A stretch of DNA of 64,000 bases from a virus. Lineage: Duplodnaviria > Caudoviricetes. The position numbers were made by a program, and so were the translations under genes. Location: the IMG/VR virus record IMGVR_UViG_3300028840_001835; one strand, 5' to 3'. This document shows, in pieces, positions 1 through 10,562 of the stretch. Below the pieces are notes generated by a model, which was not told the DNA's origin, searched no databases, and saw only the letters and a list, made by a program, of their open reading frames with translations. How positions within the stretch are numbered: the first letter of the stretch is position 1; each line of letters opens with the position of its first letter.

Positions 1-333
1 TCTCAAAGGATTTGTATCTATTCCAAGATAATACGACACAGCACCGAACTTTTTATGGGTCTCCATAAAATTGAAAGCATCTTCGACCGTATTTCCATTG
101 TGTATAAGATCAGAATTACTAAAGAACATATAATCATATGGATCATGCTTGGCAAGATCAATACATCGTTTCCTTGCCTTACCTATTGCTTGATATCTTC
201 TTAAATCTTCACGAGGATAACTCTCTTTTTCAAAGACAGTAACAATATCATCAACCATCGGCTGATCGCAAAGGCATTTATATGTTTGAGGAAGGACTGT
301 CTGACCCAGTCCTATTGGTATATAAACAATCAT
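1..333 (-). CDS. Putative GT-A (family 2-like) glycosyltransferase, partial; runs off the left edge
   Basis: Not in ORF track. Manual translation from ATG at 333 (SD AAGGAG): MIVYIPIGLGQTVLPQTYKCLCDQPMVDDIVTVFEKESYPREDLRRYQAIGKARKRCIDLAKHDPYDYMFFSNSDLIHNGNTVEDAFNFMETHKKFGAVS..., resembling the GT2 'ARN...A..DY.FF.DSD' pattern (NSD in place of DxD). Confidence 0.5.
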   Translation of the reverse strand, partial: MIVYIPIGLGQTVLPQTYKCLCDQPMVDDIVTVFEKESYPREDLRRYQAIGKARKRCIDLAKHDPYDYMFFSNSDLIHNGNTVEDAFNFMETHKKFGAVSYYLGIDTNPLR

Positions 334-348
334 TCAATTCTCCTTCAA

Positions 349-1602
349 TTATGAAACACTAATTATAATTCCTCCTGATACAACCATACTACTAACAGAA
401 TTTGGATCAAATGAACTTGTAAGTCCTGGATCTCCATTGAATTGATATCCCTGTTCTGCGTCAACGTAACCTATGGTATGCATATTAGTGTTCTGACCAG
501 TACCGTCCATGTTAAATGTGAACTGGGTGATACCATCCATGTTCTTGAAACGAATATCGGGTTTCTGACTTGCGTTCAAACTCTGAATATTAAATGTTCC
601 CTGGACGCCTCCTGTACCACTAACCACCCAATCATCCTGAAAGTAAAGTATTTTAGTGTCCAAGTATGTATCGGTATAAATTGTTGTTGCACTGCTCTCA
701 AAAGTTGCTATACGATTATCTCCCGCCTCGGTCGTCTTAACCGTGACCATGTTGGAAGATGCCGATAGCTCCATGTTCCATGGGCCCGCCGGATCCATGG
801 CCGTCCCAGACCAGATAATTTTTCCCGCTGAATCCAACGTAAAATTACCAGTTCCTGTGTGAAAACTAAACATTGTGGAAAAAGTATTATCTTTAATTCT
901 TAACTGTGGAGAACTAAGTATACCAGCAAATGTCAAATCAGAATTCGATGCTGCAGATACGACCCAAGACGTTGTATCGGGATACCCAGGTCTAATAAAC
1001 TCCATACGACCATTTCCAACTATAAGATCAGTAGCGGCCGATACACTAGCAGATGTTATTAATAAACTTTCGACATCATTACTTGTTACTCTTAATCCTT
1101 CATTTGCTGATGTATAGAGTACAGTAGTTTTATAAACCCCTAGACCTTTTGTAAATTGTAATCCAATATTATCTGAGTTTAAGAAACGGACATTACCGTC
1201 CACTATGTCAAATCCCTTGGCCCCACCCTGATCAACTAGATGAAATCTAAATCTCATTTCATCATTTATATCATATAATCTTACTCGACCATAAGATGAA
1301 CCAACCCGATGTAGATCCAATGAATCTGTTCCATCGTCAGTATCAGCAGATAGATTAAAATAAGTATTAAATCCTACTCCAGTTACAAAATCCTTGTGTC
1401 CACTAACACTCTGATCCTGGGTGAGAAGCGTCTGACCAAGATCAGATGTAGTCTCATAATAATTTCCGCCATAATCACGATGAACCTCTGTGATAAACTG
1501 GGTATCATTTATGTATGCCTTTTGTCCAGGTCTAAGTATTCCGCTATACGCGGTGGCAGATGTTGTCCAAAGCCTGATTACGTCCGTATTCGCTGATGTC
1601 AT
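349..1602 (-). CDS. Virion fibre/receptor-binding-like protein
   Basis: 417 aa, S/T/G-rich beta-type composition, own late promoter at 1636, in the tail fibre region. Confidence 0.55.
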   Translation of the reverse strand: MTSANTDVIRLWTTSATAYSGILRPGQKAYINDTQFITEVHRDYGGNYYETTSDLGQTLLTQDQSVSGHKDFVTGVGFNTYFNLSADTDDGTDSLDLHRVGSSYGRVRLYDINDEMRFRFHLVDQGGAKGFDIVDGNVRFLNSDNIGLQFTKGLGVYKTTVLYTSANEGLRVTSNDVESLLITSASVSAATDLIVGNGRMEFIRPGYPDTTSWVVSAASNSDLTFAGILSSPQLRIKDNTFSTMFSFHTGTGNFTLDSAGKIIWSGTAMDPAGPWNMELSASSNMVTVKTTEAGDNRIATFESSATTIYTDTYLDTKILYFQDDWVVSGTGGVQGTFNIQSLNASQKPDIRFKNMDGITQFTFNMDGTGQNTNMHTIGYVDAEQGYQFNGDPGLTSSFDPNSVSSMVVSGGIIISVS

Positions 1603-1635
1603 AAAATATCCTCTTAATCTAAAATACTCTGTAAG

Positions 1636-1643
1636 TATTTATA
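1636..1643 (-). promoter_or_regulatory. T4-type late promoter TATAAATA
   Basis: Exact match upstream of 349..1602. Confidence 0.8.
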
Positions 1644-1671
1644 AAAACGAGGTGAAAGTTCGGATGGGCGA

Positions 1672-2166
1672 TTATTCCTCAAAATCCTTTATGATGGGTA
1701 GCAACTCCATCATTTTCTCACGATCAAACTCCTCTGGAAATGCGGAGAATGGTATCTGTGAGAGCTTGATCTCTATCTCCTCATCAAGCAACTTGTCCCT
1801 TTCCTGTGCGACCCTAGTTTGCTCGTCTATCGCTTCCTTGTATTCATCCTTGAGTTGGTTGATTCCCATAGTATAAACATCAATGTATTCTTTCTTGATC
1901 ACAAATGCGTTTGGACCAACCTTCTTGGGACCATCATTATCATCCTTCTCACAATACTGCTTTATGAGATCCGCCTCCTTGGTGATATACTCCTGAAACT
2001 TTGGACTTGGATTGGAATTCTGGAAGATGGTTTGAGTCTCCTTGGCGAAGCTCTCAAACTTTTTTATGTTAAGATTGACATACATACCGAATGTCTTGTC
2101 CTGTTTACCTTTGATCCCGGTAAGGATTTCAAATATCTTTAGGAACTCGCTTCTCTTTGCTTTCAT
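1672..2166 (-). CDS. Hypothetical protein, possible tail fibre assembly chaperone
   Basis: 164 aa, charged and helical, SD AAGGAGG, between fibre genes. Confidence 0.45.
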   Translation of the reverse strand: MKAKRSEFLKIFEILTGIKGKQDKTFGMYVNLNIKKFESFAKETQTIFQNSNPSPKFQEYITKEADLIKQYCEKDDNDGPKKVGPNAFVIKKEYIDVYTMGINQLKDEYKEAIDEQTRVAQERDKLLDEEIEIKLSQIPFSAFPEEFDREKMMELLPIIKDFEE

Positions 2167-2234
2167 TTAAAACCTCCTTCAAATGTTCAAATTAAATATA
2201 GTAAATAATTATTTAAATTAAAATATTATTGGAC

Positions 2235-2873
2235 TTAACTTCTCCAAAAATTATACATGGACTTTGACTTGTATACCATCTCGCATCTCTCACCAAAACA
2301 AATATCCTCTATGTATTTACCATCTACGATACATGGTAACTTTGATCCCCCAACTCGGGGATTTGGATGAGGATTTCTATTTTTGAAATTTGATATGTTA
2401 TACAATGTTGATAAAATTTTAATTTCATTCAATACATTAATAAATTCATTCCACTGTTTCTTATGTTCTCTCAAAATTGCACATGCTATTCTTATGGCAA
2501 ACTCTGGATTAAATTTATATTTTGATAACTCAGAACTTGTGATCACCTTTTTAAGATACAAATATCTTGCAGTCTTGAACTTGATATGGGAAAACCCCCT
2601 TGATGTGTTTATCCAATCAGTTAATGTTACTGCCTGCTCCGGAAGTATGTATTTCGGATTAGTCACTCTGTCGACAAGATCCAATGTTAATAATTTCAAT
2701 CTATGTATCTTACTTCTTATGGTCGGCAAATTGTATTGTATTCTCTCCACATACAATATACTGGTAAGTAATTTAACATCAACCTGAAAAACATCACACT
2801 CATTAAGAATACAATCTTTATGTTTTGAAATTTGGTGATATATGAAATCTTCTAAACTTTTATCAAAATTCAT
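2235..2873 (-). CDS. Lysozyme/SLT-like fold protein (DUF1402-like)
   Basis: ILYVE, S.G...IK..TA, LSTLYN...NPHPNPRVGG motifs; visibly AT-richer than flanks. Confidence 0.4.
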   Translation of the reverse strand: MNFDKSLEDFIYHQISKHKDCILNECDVFQVDVKLLTSILYVERIQYNLPTIRSKIHRLKLLTLDLVDRVTNPKYILPEQAVTLTDWINTSRGFSHIKFKTARYLYLKKVITSSELSKYKFNPEFAIRIACAILREHKKQWNEFINVLNEIKILSTLYNISNFKNRNPHPNPRVGGSKLPCIVDGKYIEDICFGERCEMVYKSKSMYNFWRS

Positions 2874-2882
2874 TATTTAATG

Positions 2883-5636
2883 TTATGTCTTATCGTACCA
2901 CAATAATGCATATGCTGTTTCATAAAACCCAGAATCCTGTGGCAACCTTCCTGCTTCTATCGCAAGCCTTACTTCCCAGTTACTACTTGCTGAAGAGTCG
3001 ACCGCTCTAAGAGAGTAACCATCGCCACCACCCGAAACTACAGACTCTAATGTGTTTTGATGAGATTGATCGTAACTTGCCACCGCCGATGTATCGACCA
3101 TCACCCTTATATCTAATATTCTATATGCTGTTGAAATACCAGTTGCGCAAATAGTTATACCTTCAGTTAATGTTCCCATCTCAACTGTTTCACAAGAAAT
3201 CTTTGGAGAGTCTCCAAAAAACTCAATGTAATCAATATCCTCAATATGCTTATTTTGCATATCAAGATAAACACTACTCATTGAGAGTGCTGCAGATGTG
3301 AGTCTCATCTGTGCCGTACCTTCAACATAAAAATCAAAATAGTCACTAATACTGGAATCATTATGTTGATACACTATTCTTCCAACTGTTGTGTTAGAAG
3401 GGCGCCCAAATAAAGCATAAGATTTTCCAACATTAGAACCAGTGTTAATCTGCAATGCTGCGTACACAGAACCCTCAATCGCAAGGGTGCTAACACTATT
3501 TCCATCAAGCAAGTTCACAGCAGTACCGATGCCACCAGAACCCGGCCAAAGAATAGCACTTGCAGAAGTTAGTGCTAATGATTCAGTGGCATTAACCCAT
3601 AGCTGCATCTCATCAGGATTGGTGACGGATGTGTATATTATCCTACCGGCATTATTATCGGAATCAATTCCGAAAAATATATTTCCCTTTCCGCCAGACG
3701 GATTAAGAATTGTTATTCCTGCTCCCGTGGAAGCATTATTACTTTCCACCACTAACTCATCTGCATTTACGGCAGCAACCATTCCTGTACTTCCAACCTG
3801 TCCAACCCACATATTATCTGTTGCAGAGATTGTGGAACCACCAGTAATACTCTGAATGACATCGGCCTTCAATAATGTGTTAGCTATTAGATCAACCTCT
3901 GATGTATTTCCCGCTGATGTTAATTTAAAAACGGTTGTGGCATCAACCCTAAATGCCATTTCATCTGTTGTTGCAAATGTATATTTTATCCAACCCACAT
4001 CATTATCTGCAGACGTTCCGAAGTAAATTCTGGCAGCATTAAGTTTGGTCAACAAAGACATACCCGGTCCATCGCCACCATCCTCAATCACCAAATGATC
4101 TGCTAGATTGCTTGCAGTTGCACCAGTTATAGTCGACCCCTGTATCAAAACATTTGTTATGATCTTATCATTAATGCTTACAGTTCCGTCTATAGATACA
4201 TTTCCTCCAACGTCAACCGCCCCAGAAACACCAAGACTATAAGGAATGTTTGTCAATGCAGATGTTGATTCAAGAAACGCAACATTACCTGCATATAACT
4301 TCATTTCATCCAGACCCGTATTGTATGTTATACGACCCCGTTTATTACCCTTTGAGCTTCCGAATGCTACTCCTGCCAGAGAGCTAGAGCTATTGGCTGT
4401 GAGTATAGTTAAACCGGTTCCAAAGATTGTTGAATTTTCTATGACAAAATCATTGAAAGATGAGTCCGCGCCCACCCCCGTTGATGTTGTTCCAAGAAGA
4501 TGAACAGTTCCATTGTTTGCAGACACAATACAGGTCCCTGCGGAATTTGTTCTAATGGTTGAAAATATTCCAGATGTACCTAACGCAATCTGCGGACCCG
4601 ATGATGACTCAACTGTTAATTTGGACCCAGTGTCAACTGAAGGTGACGAACCTGCCTGATAAATGTATACCCTTTCGTGTGTTGTTAATCCAAATGCGCT
4701 TGTATTGGTATCTGACCAATTCGATACAACAAGATTAGTAAGATTACTTGCGCTTGTCTCGGTCGTGAACACAAGTTGAACTATACCTTCCCATAAAAGA
4801 CTATTACCGCTTGGATCAGTCATTCTCTTTGTCTGTGTACCCTCAAATGCAACCTCTGCGAATGGTACAGGAAGAACAGTTGTCACCTCGTCACCGTTTC
4901 CGTCAACCCTTGACGCAAATAGAATAAATTTATTAAATCTAAAATTTCCCTTGGTTGAATCTAAGACCAATGTGTATCTTCCAGCATCAACTCCTGCACC
5001 GGCACTGGTTATCTTCGTGTACCCAGATACCTGATGAAGCATAGACGTTGCGGATAAATTCAATCCGCCTTCTAATTGAAAAGGAATCTCTGTGAACTTT
5101 GAAAGCTCAACATGGGATCCAGAAAAATTACCATTGTTATCACCAGACAAGGTCGCTGCGGAGAGTAACCCAGACATTGCGCTTGTTCCATTGATAAGAT
5201 TAGCTCTTACACCGATATATTGAGAAGAACCCGAAATTGAAGAACCATCAAAAGTTGGATTTCCGGAATACCCATATCCAAGATTTGACACGTTGGTCGC
5301 ACTGGTATAGACAAACGAGGCATCTGAAGCAATTGAATAAACATCAGTTGCCAATGAAACGCCATAGGCGTCCCTAACATATTGTGAGTTTTGATTGAAT
5401 ATCTTTTCACCCTCAAGAGTTGAATAGGTGTCACTTCCATCTATCGTAGCTGAAAGATGTTGTACCTCAACCCCCGTAGCCGTTGTTGTGTCCTGATCCT
5501 CTGTATGGATCACATCATCAATTCTTGGATCGTAAACAGGTAAGAAATACTTTAGCGCAAAATAAGGACCTAAGACGCCATTGTAAATCTCATTAATTCC
5601 TTCCTGTGTAATAATCGTGGTTCTCTGGTTTGCCAT
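2883..5636 (-). CDS. Baseplate-attached tail fibre protein
   Basis: 917 aa directly after gp6/gp7-like genes; N-terminal TIIT..G anchor-like segment; four ~65-aa internal repeats. Confidence 0.7.
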   Translation of the reverse strand: MANQRTTIITQEGINEIYNGVLGPYFALKYFLPVYDPRIDDVIHTEDQDTTTATGVEVQHLSATIDGSDTYSTLEGEKIFNQNSQYVRDAYGVSLATDVYSIASDASFVYTSATNVSNLGYGYSGNPTFDGSSISGSSQYIGVRANLINGTSAMSGLLSAATLSGDNNGNFSGSHVELSKFTEIPFQLEGGLNLSATSMLHQVSGYTKITSAGAGVDAGRYTLVLDSTKGNFRFNKFILFASRVDGNGDEVTTVLPVPFAEVAFEGTQTKRMTDPSGNSLLWEGIVQLVFTTETSASNLTNLVVSNWSDTNTSAFGLTTHERVYIYQAGSSPSVDTGSKLTVESSSGPQIALGTSGIFSTIRTNSAGTCIVSANNGTVHLLGTTSTGVGADSSFNDFVIENSTIFGTGLTILTANSSSSLAGVAFGSSKGNKRGRITYNTGLDEMKLYAGNVAFLESTSALTNIPYSLGVSGAVDVGGNVSIDGTVSINDKIITNVLIQGSTITGATASNLADHLVIEDGGDGPGMSLLTKLNAARIYFGTSADNDVGWIKYTFATTDEMAFRVDATTVFKLTSAGNTSEVDLIANTLLKADVIQSITGGSTISATDNMWVGQVGSTGMVAAVNADELVVESNNASTGAGITILNPSGGKGNIFFGIDSDNNAGRIIYTSVTNPDEMQLWVNATESLALTSASAILWPGSGGIGTAVNLLDGNSVSTLAIEGSVYAALQINTGSNVGKSYALFGRPSNTTVGRIVYQHNDSSISDYFDFYVEGTAQMRLTSAALSMSSVYLDMQNKHIEDIDYIEFFGDSPKISCETVEMGTLTEGITICATGISTAYRILDIRVMVDTSAVASYDQSHQNTLESVVSGGGDGYSLRAVDSSASSNWEVRLAIEAGRLPQDSGFYETAYALLWYDKT

Positions 5637-5662
5637 ATACTCTCCTATTCAATATCTTGAAT

Positions 5663-5670
5663 TATTTATA
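5663..5670 (-). promoter_or_regulatory. T4-type late promoter TATAAATA
   Basis: Exact match upstream of 2883..5636. Confidence 0.8.
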
Positions 5671-5673
5671 TCT

Positions 5674-6714
5674 TTATGACTCAACAATAATGTCTCCCGC
5701 TGATCCGGTCTCAACATAAATATCACCACCACCGGTCTCTACAATCGCCTCAACAAAAGAACTTGGTAATGGCGCGGACGTGTTATATGGAAAATCCATC
5801 TTGATTGTTGAATATGTGTCCAAATGTATTAGAACTGCTGGAAGGGTCGCTGTTAGAAATGCGGATAACCCCTCAAACACATCGCAGATCGGTCTCACCG
5901 TCTCAATAGCATTCACTATCTCATCCATTCTATCTATCCACGATGGTGCAGACACGTCCGTATTTATTCTCACAATAAAGTGAGGTGTTGTGAAATAGTT
6001 TTTAGGTATCTGACTCACTGCATCTGTTCCAGAGAGACTAATATCCTCTGTCAACCAAAGCGATTCTGTGTTTCCATATCCACCCTGTTCTGGGTGATTG
6101 ATAGATGCTGCAAGTTCGTCTGATGTCCATCTAAAATATATGTCTGCGATCAATCCAAATGAATACATCAAGACTTTTACGGCGTTTTTGGTCTGCTTAA
6201 TCTTATACCAGTTTGGAAGATTGCTCACAATAAATCTTAGATACTTATTTTCATCGTCAGTAGATGATGTGGCAAACGCTCCAACCTGTGCACGACTTAG
6301 CTCCACGTTATAACCCATATAGTCAGCCAATCTCTGAATGTATTCTATGTCTATCAAATCGGGATCATGGAGATTGGTAATTCTTTTCACCTTCTCAACA
6401 ATTGAGATAGCATCAGCGGATGTTATAAACGTTCTTGTCTGTGTACCATACTGATCATAAGCTGGAAGTCCGTTTCCCGATGTATCCAACTCAAAGTATT
6501 GTTTAGGTGTATTTGCGGCGCTTATCTCAAATAAAGAATTTGTTCCTCTATCTGTAGCATTATGATAATAAAGTTGTTTGAGAAAGTTTTCAAAGAACTT
6601 TAGAAAATTATACACCTCAGAATTATACAAGTGATCTGGCAAGTAACTTACCAGATCGATGTCAGTGTTTACATATCTTCTTTCAGCAGAGTATTGATCA
6701 TCAAATGTTGTCAT
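5674..6714 (-). CDS. Baseplate wedge protein, gp7/P2 gpI-like
   Basis: DPDLIDIEYIQRLADYMGY...YLRFIVSNLPNWYKIK...AVKVLM pattern; follows gp6. Confidence 0.7.
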   Translation of the reverse strand: MTTFDDQYSAERRYVNTDIDLVSYLPDHLYNSEVYNFLKFFENFLKQLYYHNATDRGTNSLFEISAANTPKQYFELDTSGNGLPAYDQYGTQTRTFITSADAISIVEKVKRITNLHDPDLIDIEYIQRLADYMGYNVELSRAQVGAFATSSTDDENKYLRFIVSNLPNWYKIKQTKNAVKVLMYSFGLIADIYFRWTSDELAASINHPEQGGYGNTESLWLTEDISLSGTDAVSQIPKNYFTTPHFIVRINTDVSAPSWIDRMDEIVNAIETVRPICDVFEGLSAFLTATLPAVLIHLDTYSTIKMDFPYNTSAPLPSSFVEAIVETGGGDIYVETGSAGDIIVES

Positions 6715-6717
6715 ATA

Positions 6718-9138
6718 TTATCCAAATACATAGCTGAGATTAATTTCCAATTGGACTATCTCATTATTAAGTGAATAGTTTGTCAAGTCACCATTCTCAT
6801 CAATGATGGCCGTTCTTATTGCTGGTGAAAGATCACTATACATCTTAAACATCACGTTCTTAAAATACTGTGAATCTCTCCATGGTTCTCCATTGATATC
6901 CAAGAATGATCCAAGACTAGGATCTAAGTTATCATATATGTTCTTCATCAATGTTTGATAAAATGTCTTGGTCGTTATATTACCAGATATATAATCTGCT
7001 GAATCACGATATCTGAATACATACGGAGGAACCGTGTCATAACTACTTTGCCAAACACCAGACACTTGCCCCGCGGAGGTTTCAAGTCTATTGAAAACCG
7101 AAAACTGATCTTCTGTTCCCTGAGGATTTGTCACTAATGAATATCCAGCATTTGAGAGATAGCTATTAATATATGTATTCAATACTGTTGTGACTGCCGA
7201 CGGTACCGCGGCACCGGATGTAACGTCCGGGTCACTTGCCCAATCTGTTATTAGTTGATCTGGCTTTGTTGCTTCAAAGTATATACTTGAATGTTTCACC
7301 TCGCTGGAATCGTGAATAAGATCATATATGTCAGAACGATGTATATTGACATTAAAGTCCGCATTCTCATTCAACCAATCATAGATGGAGTTGTTTACCG
7401 TCTGTTGAACAAGTGTTCTGTCCTCGAGTTTTCCTATAGTCACGGTACCTTTAAGTCTCATCTGTTGAACGATTGGTGAAATGTATAAATGTTTAACTGT
7501 CTGAGCTGATCTCTTATCTAGTTTGTTAAGCATCTGTGTTATTGGATGATCGTCATTGTTCTCTCTAAAATCTTGAACTCTCTCAACCTCTGGTTGCGGA
7601 TTCTCCTTCACAAGAATATTAAAATAAGCCTGTTCTGGAAATCCATCACCAGATACAACGCCAGATGATGAATCAACAACCTGAGAGAAATCATCTTCCT
7701 GCTCTAAGTATGCATTATGTAAATCAGCAGGCTGGAGTATGGTATATGTTCCACCTGAAGGAAAATTATAAAGCTCTCCGAGTGCACTAAAGAATGCTAT
7801 GTTAAAGAACCTAAAGTTTCCAAGTTGATTTCTATTACGAATCTCCTCTTGCTCTCCCCACGCCAGGGCGTTCTTTATTAGACCCCCAGTACCTCCAGTT
7901 GTCTGTGTCTTTAAATATGAGATATAATCCCTTGATGTAACCAATCTATCAAGAGAGTAAAACAATGCAGGGGCATTTAATTTCATTGACTCGACCTTTT
8001 CAAAGTCGGATCCTGTCACTATATTTCGTCTAAACTTGAATGTTATGTTATTGGTCAGGTTTACATTATTCTCAGGAGATATGAATGTTTCACTTGTCGT
8101 GATCTCGTTTCCAATTATACCAACCTCGTTTGCAGTCGCTCCCAGAGTCGATAGATACTGAATATATATGTTCTGTGATGTATTGGATAGACCTTTAGAC
8201 GCAAATCGATCATCACCGAAATATAGATTTACTCCCTCCTGCATATTAGAGGAGATCAAGACTATTCTAGGTATAGTTGAATTGTCTGGAGAAATCTTAT
8301 CAGGATTTACAAGGCTCCGTCTATCTATACTAAACAGGTTATCACCCGTTGCAGTAAGGGCCTCAGCTTGAGTCTGACCAATACCAACTTTTGTCAAATT
8401 CTCTGTAAGACTCTCTTCCTCTGTCTCAGCATCGTATCCTAGATCCTCCTCGCCATAGAAATTGGAGAATGTGGTATCATCGATCTTATATTTCTGAAAT
8501 AGTTGTCCAACTTGTGAGTTCTCAGACCCACCAAGAATCGTCTCCACTTTCATCTCACCTTGTAGAAGCTCAATGTCCACAAGATATCTTGTATCAACTC
8601 CACCAGTTACATCGAGAGGAATTGGTGCATCGCTTGCCGAAAGCACCACACCATAATCAATCTGTTTTGACCAATCCTGACTTGCGCCTCCAGTTATATC
8701 ATCAGATGTAAACGTGTATGTATATGAATTTTTAAGAATGAAGGGTATTCCATTTCCCTCAAATGCGTCCAATTTTTGAAATGTTATTGTATCGCCAGCG
8801 ACCAGTCCACCAGGCAAAGGACCCTTGAGAACAATACTCAAAGCCGAGTTTGCTGGTATCGGTCTCGTTGGAGAATACCCGAGCATTCTAGAGAGCTGAA
8901 TCACAGAGCTCCTTAACCGTGCGGTGTCCAGAAATTGCTCCTCCGCCCTTCTCTCTATGTAATAATTTGTTATATCGGTCGTTGCTGCAAAAATGTCAAG
9001 AAGCGTCTTTGCTATTGTGGAATCCCTAAAGTTTTCAAGATTGGGATCCTGATTTAATTCATATTCAATCTGACTACGGATCGAATCATAGTCCAACCCT
9101 GTGTAATTCAGGGGATTCCTTTTCTTGTTAGCTGCCAT
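6718..9138 (-). CDS. gp6: Baseplate wedge subunit gp6
   Basis: YTGLDYDSIR...EEQFLDTARLRSSVIQLSRMLGYSP and APALFYSLDRLVTSRDY motifs. Confidence 0.92.
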   Translation of the reverse strand: MAANKKRNPLNYTGLDYDSIRSQIEYELNQDPNLENFRDSTIAKTLLDIFAATTDITNYYIERRAEEQFLDTARLRSSVIQLSRMLGYSPTRPIPANSALSIVLKGPLPGGLVAGDTITFQKLDAFEGNGIPFILKNSYTYTFTSDDITGGASQDWSKQIDYGVVLSASDAPIPLDVTGGVDTRYLVDIELLQGEMKVETILGGSENSQVGQLFQKYKIDDTTFSNFYGEEDLGYDAETEEESLTENLTKVGIGQTQAEALTATGDNLFSIDRRSLVNPDKISPDNSTIPRIVLISSNMQEGVNLYFGDDRFASKGLSNTSQNIYIQYLSTLGATANEVGIIGNEITTSETFISPENNVNLTNNITFKFRRNIVTGSDFEKVESMKLNAPALFYSLDRLVTSRDYISYLKTQTTGGTGGLIKNALAWGEQEEIRNRNQLGNFRFFNIAFFSALGELYNFPSGGTYTILQPADLHNAYLEQEDDFSQVVDSSSGVVSGDGFPEQAYFNILVKENPQPEVERVQDFRENNDDHPITQMLNKLDKRSAQTVKHLYISPIVQQMRLKGTVTIGKLEDRTLVQQTVNNSIYDWLNENADFNVNIHRSDIYDLIHDSSEVKHSSIYFEATKPDQLITDWASDPDVTSGAAVPSAVTTVLNTYINSYLSNAGYSLVTNPQGTEDQFSVFNRLETSAGQVSGVWQSSYDTVPPYVFRYRDSADYISGNITTKTFYQTLMKNIYDNLDPSLGSFLDINGEPWRDSQYFKNVMFKMYSDLSPAIRTAIIDENGDLTNYSLNNEIVQLEINLSYVFG

Positions 9139-9173
9139 ATACTTTCCTCAATCTATAGTGTAATATTCTCTAA

Positions 9174-9181
9174 TATTTATA
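9174..9181 (-). promoter_or_regulatory. T4-type late promoter TATAAATA
   Basis: Exact match upstream of gp6. Confidence 0.8.
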
Positions 9182-10030
9182 CTAAGAAGGTATTTTCACG
9201 GTCTCGTCTGGATCAACCCTCTGGAAGGACACCTTGGTGTTACGAATGTCCTGTTTTAACTTCAATGTTCTGGCTCTTATGTCTGATTCATAATCATAGA
9301 CAGACTGAATATATGAATCGATCTTGAACGTCCAACCAGGTCCCTGTTTTTCCACACTTAATTTGTCCGCATAATCATCTCTCTTATTCAACGCAGTCGC
9401 TGTAAAGTTACAAATCTCAAACACACAGTTGACAAACACCTCCAGCGCGGCAAGTTCCCTCAATATGGGAGCTATCGCCTCGATGTATTCGGCAATAAGC
9501 TGATCCAAAAAACCAATAATCAATGCATCAAGAATAGCATCAAGCTGTTCCTCAAGCCAATTGAGATAATCTTCAATAAACTGATCGAGTATATCCCTAA
9601 AACTTAATTTACATACCCATTTTGCCCACTCCTCTGCCGCGTCAGAATCTCCATTTCTTATCTTATTTCTTGTGGACACTGGTATCATCTTAACAAATAC
9701 GGGGTCATCAGCTGGGTCTCCGCCTGGTGGAAATAATGTCTCCCTCACAGCACGACAGGCATAGGCCGCTTGACATAATGATCTCTGTGTTGCCTCTATG
9801 TTACTAAACCCTGGAACCTTTCTAAGATCCAAAAGTGATAATAATGTTTCCTCAAGACCTTTGAGTATAGTTTCATTAGCAACAAGTACAAGCTGTTCAT
9901 ATCTCTTGATCTGAGACTTCATTGCTTTAAGTGCAAACAAATTAGCAAACAAAATCCCTTCAATAAGAGATACTATGGCGTTAAATTGTCTCTCAGCAAC
10001 AGAACAAAAAAGTTTATCAGGTGAAGCCAT
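9182..10030 (-). CDS. Hypothetical protein
   Basis: 282 aa helical ORF tightly packed in the baseplate operon. Confidence 0.75.
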   Translation of the reverse strand: MASPDKLFCSVAERQFNAIVSLIEGILFANLFALKAMKSQIKRYEQLVLVANETILKGLEETLLSLLDLRKVPGFSNIEATQRSLCQAAYACRAVRETLFPPGGDPADDPVFVKMIPVSTRNKIRNGDSDAAEEWAKWVCKLSFRDILDQFIEDYLNWLEEQLDAILDALIIGFLDQLIAEYIEAIAPILRELAALEVFVNCVFEICNFTATALNKRDDYADKLSVEKQGPGWTFKIDSYIQSVYDYESDIRARTLKLKQDIRNTKVSFQRVDPDETVKIPS

Positions 10031-10033
10031 TCG

Positions 10034-10552
10034 TTACCTCTTAACCACACCGGTCTTGGATGTACTTTCGGCCGGCCTGTATGTAGCTTTCACAACTGGT
10101 GATTTTAATGTCAATGTTAAAGTAACCTTCATATCAATTGTCTCCTCATCTATTATTGTATTTATATCAGGATCATTGGCCGATGTGTACTCTGAGTAGG
10201 TCTCTGTATCAGTCAATGTTTCATTAAGCCCCTCGCCTCCTGTATAATCATTCTCTTCCTCGTCAAGACCAATTTCCTCTTCAGACCATCCGCCCGCTGA
10301 AACATTATCTGTGGAAACTGGAAAAGCAATCTCATCTGCAAGTATATTATCAGCCGAAAGAGATAACTGATGATTTAAACTCGCACTAAGTTCTGTATCT
10401 GCCGACGCAATCACTGCCAGACCAATTGAATTATATACCACAAGATCCCCAGCGATGTTTGAAATACTCTCTGTACTCTTTTCAAACAGACCTGTGGAAC
10501 TATTCAACAATATGTTGTAGTCTGGAACAGGGTCAAGTATATATCCGGCCAT
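10034..10552 (-). CDS. Hypothetical virion-associated protein
   Basis: 172 aa, acidic middle, operonic spacing. Confidence 0.65.
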   Translation of the reverse strand: MAGYILDPVPDYNILLNSSTGLFEKSTESISNIAGDLVVYNSIGLAVIASADTELSASLNHQLSLSADNILADEIAFPVSTDNVSAGGWSEEEIGLDEEENDYTGGEGLNETLTDTETYSEYTSANDPDINTIIDEETIDMKVTLTLTLKSPVVKATYRPAESTSKTGVVKR

Positions 10553-10562
10553 TATTCAATCC

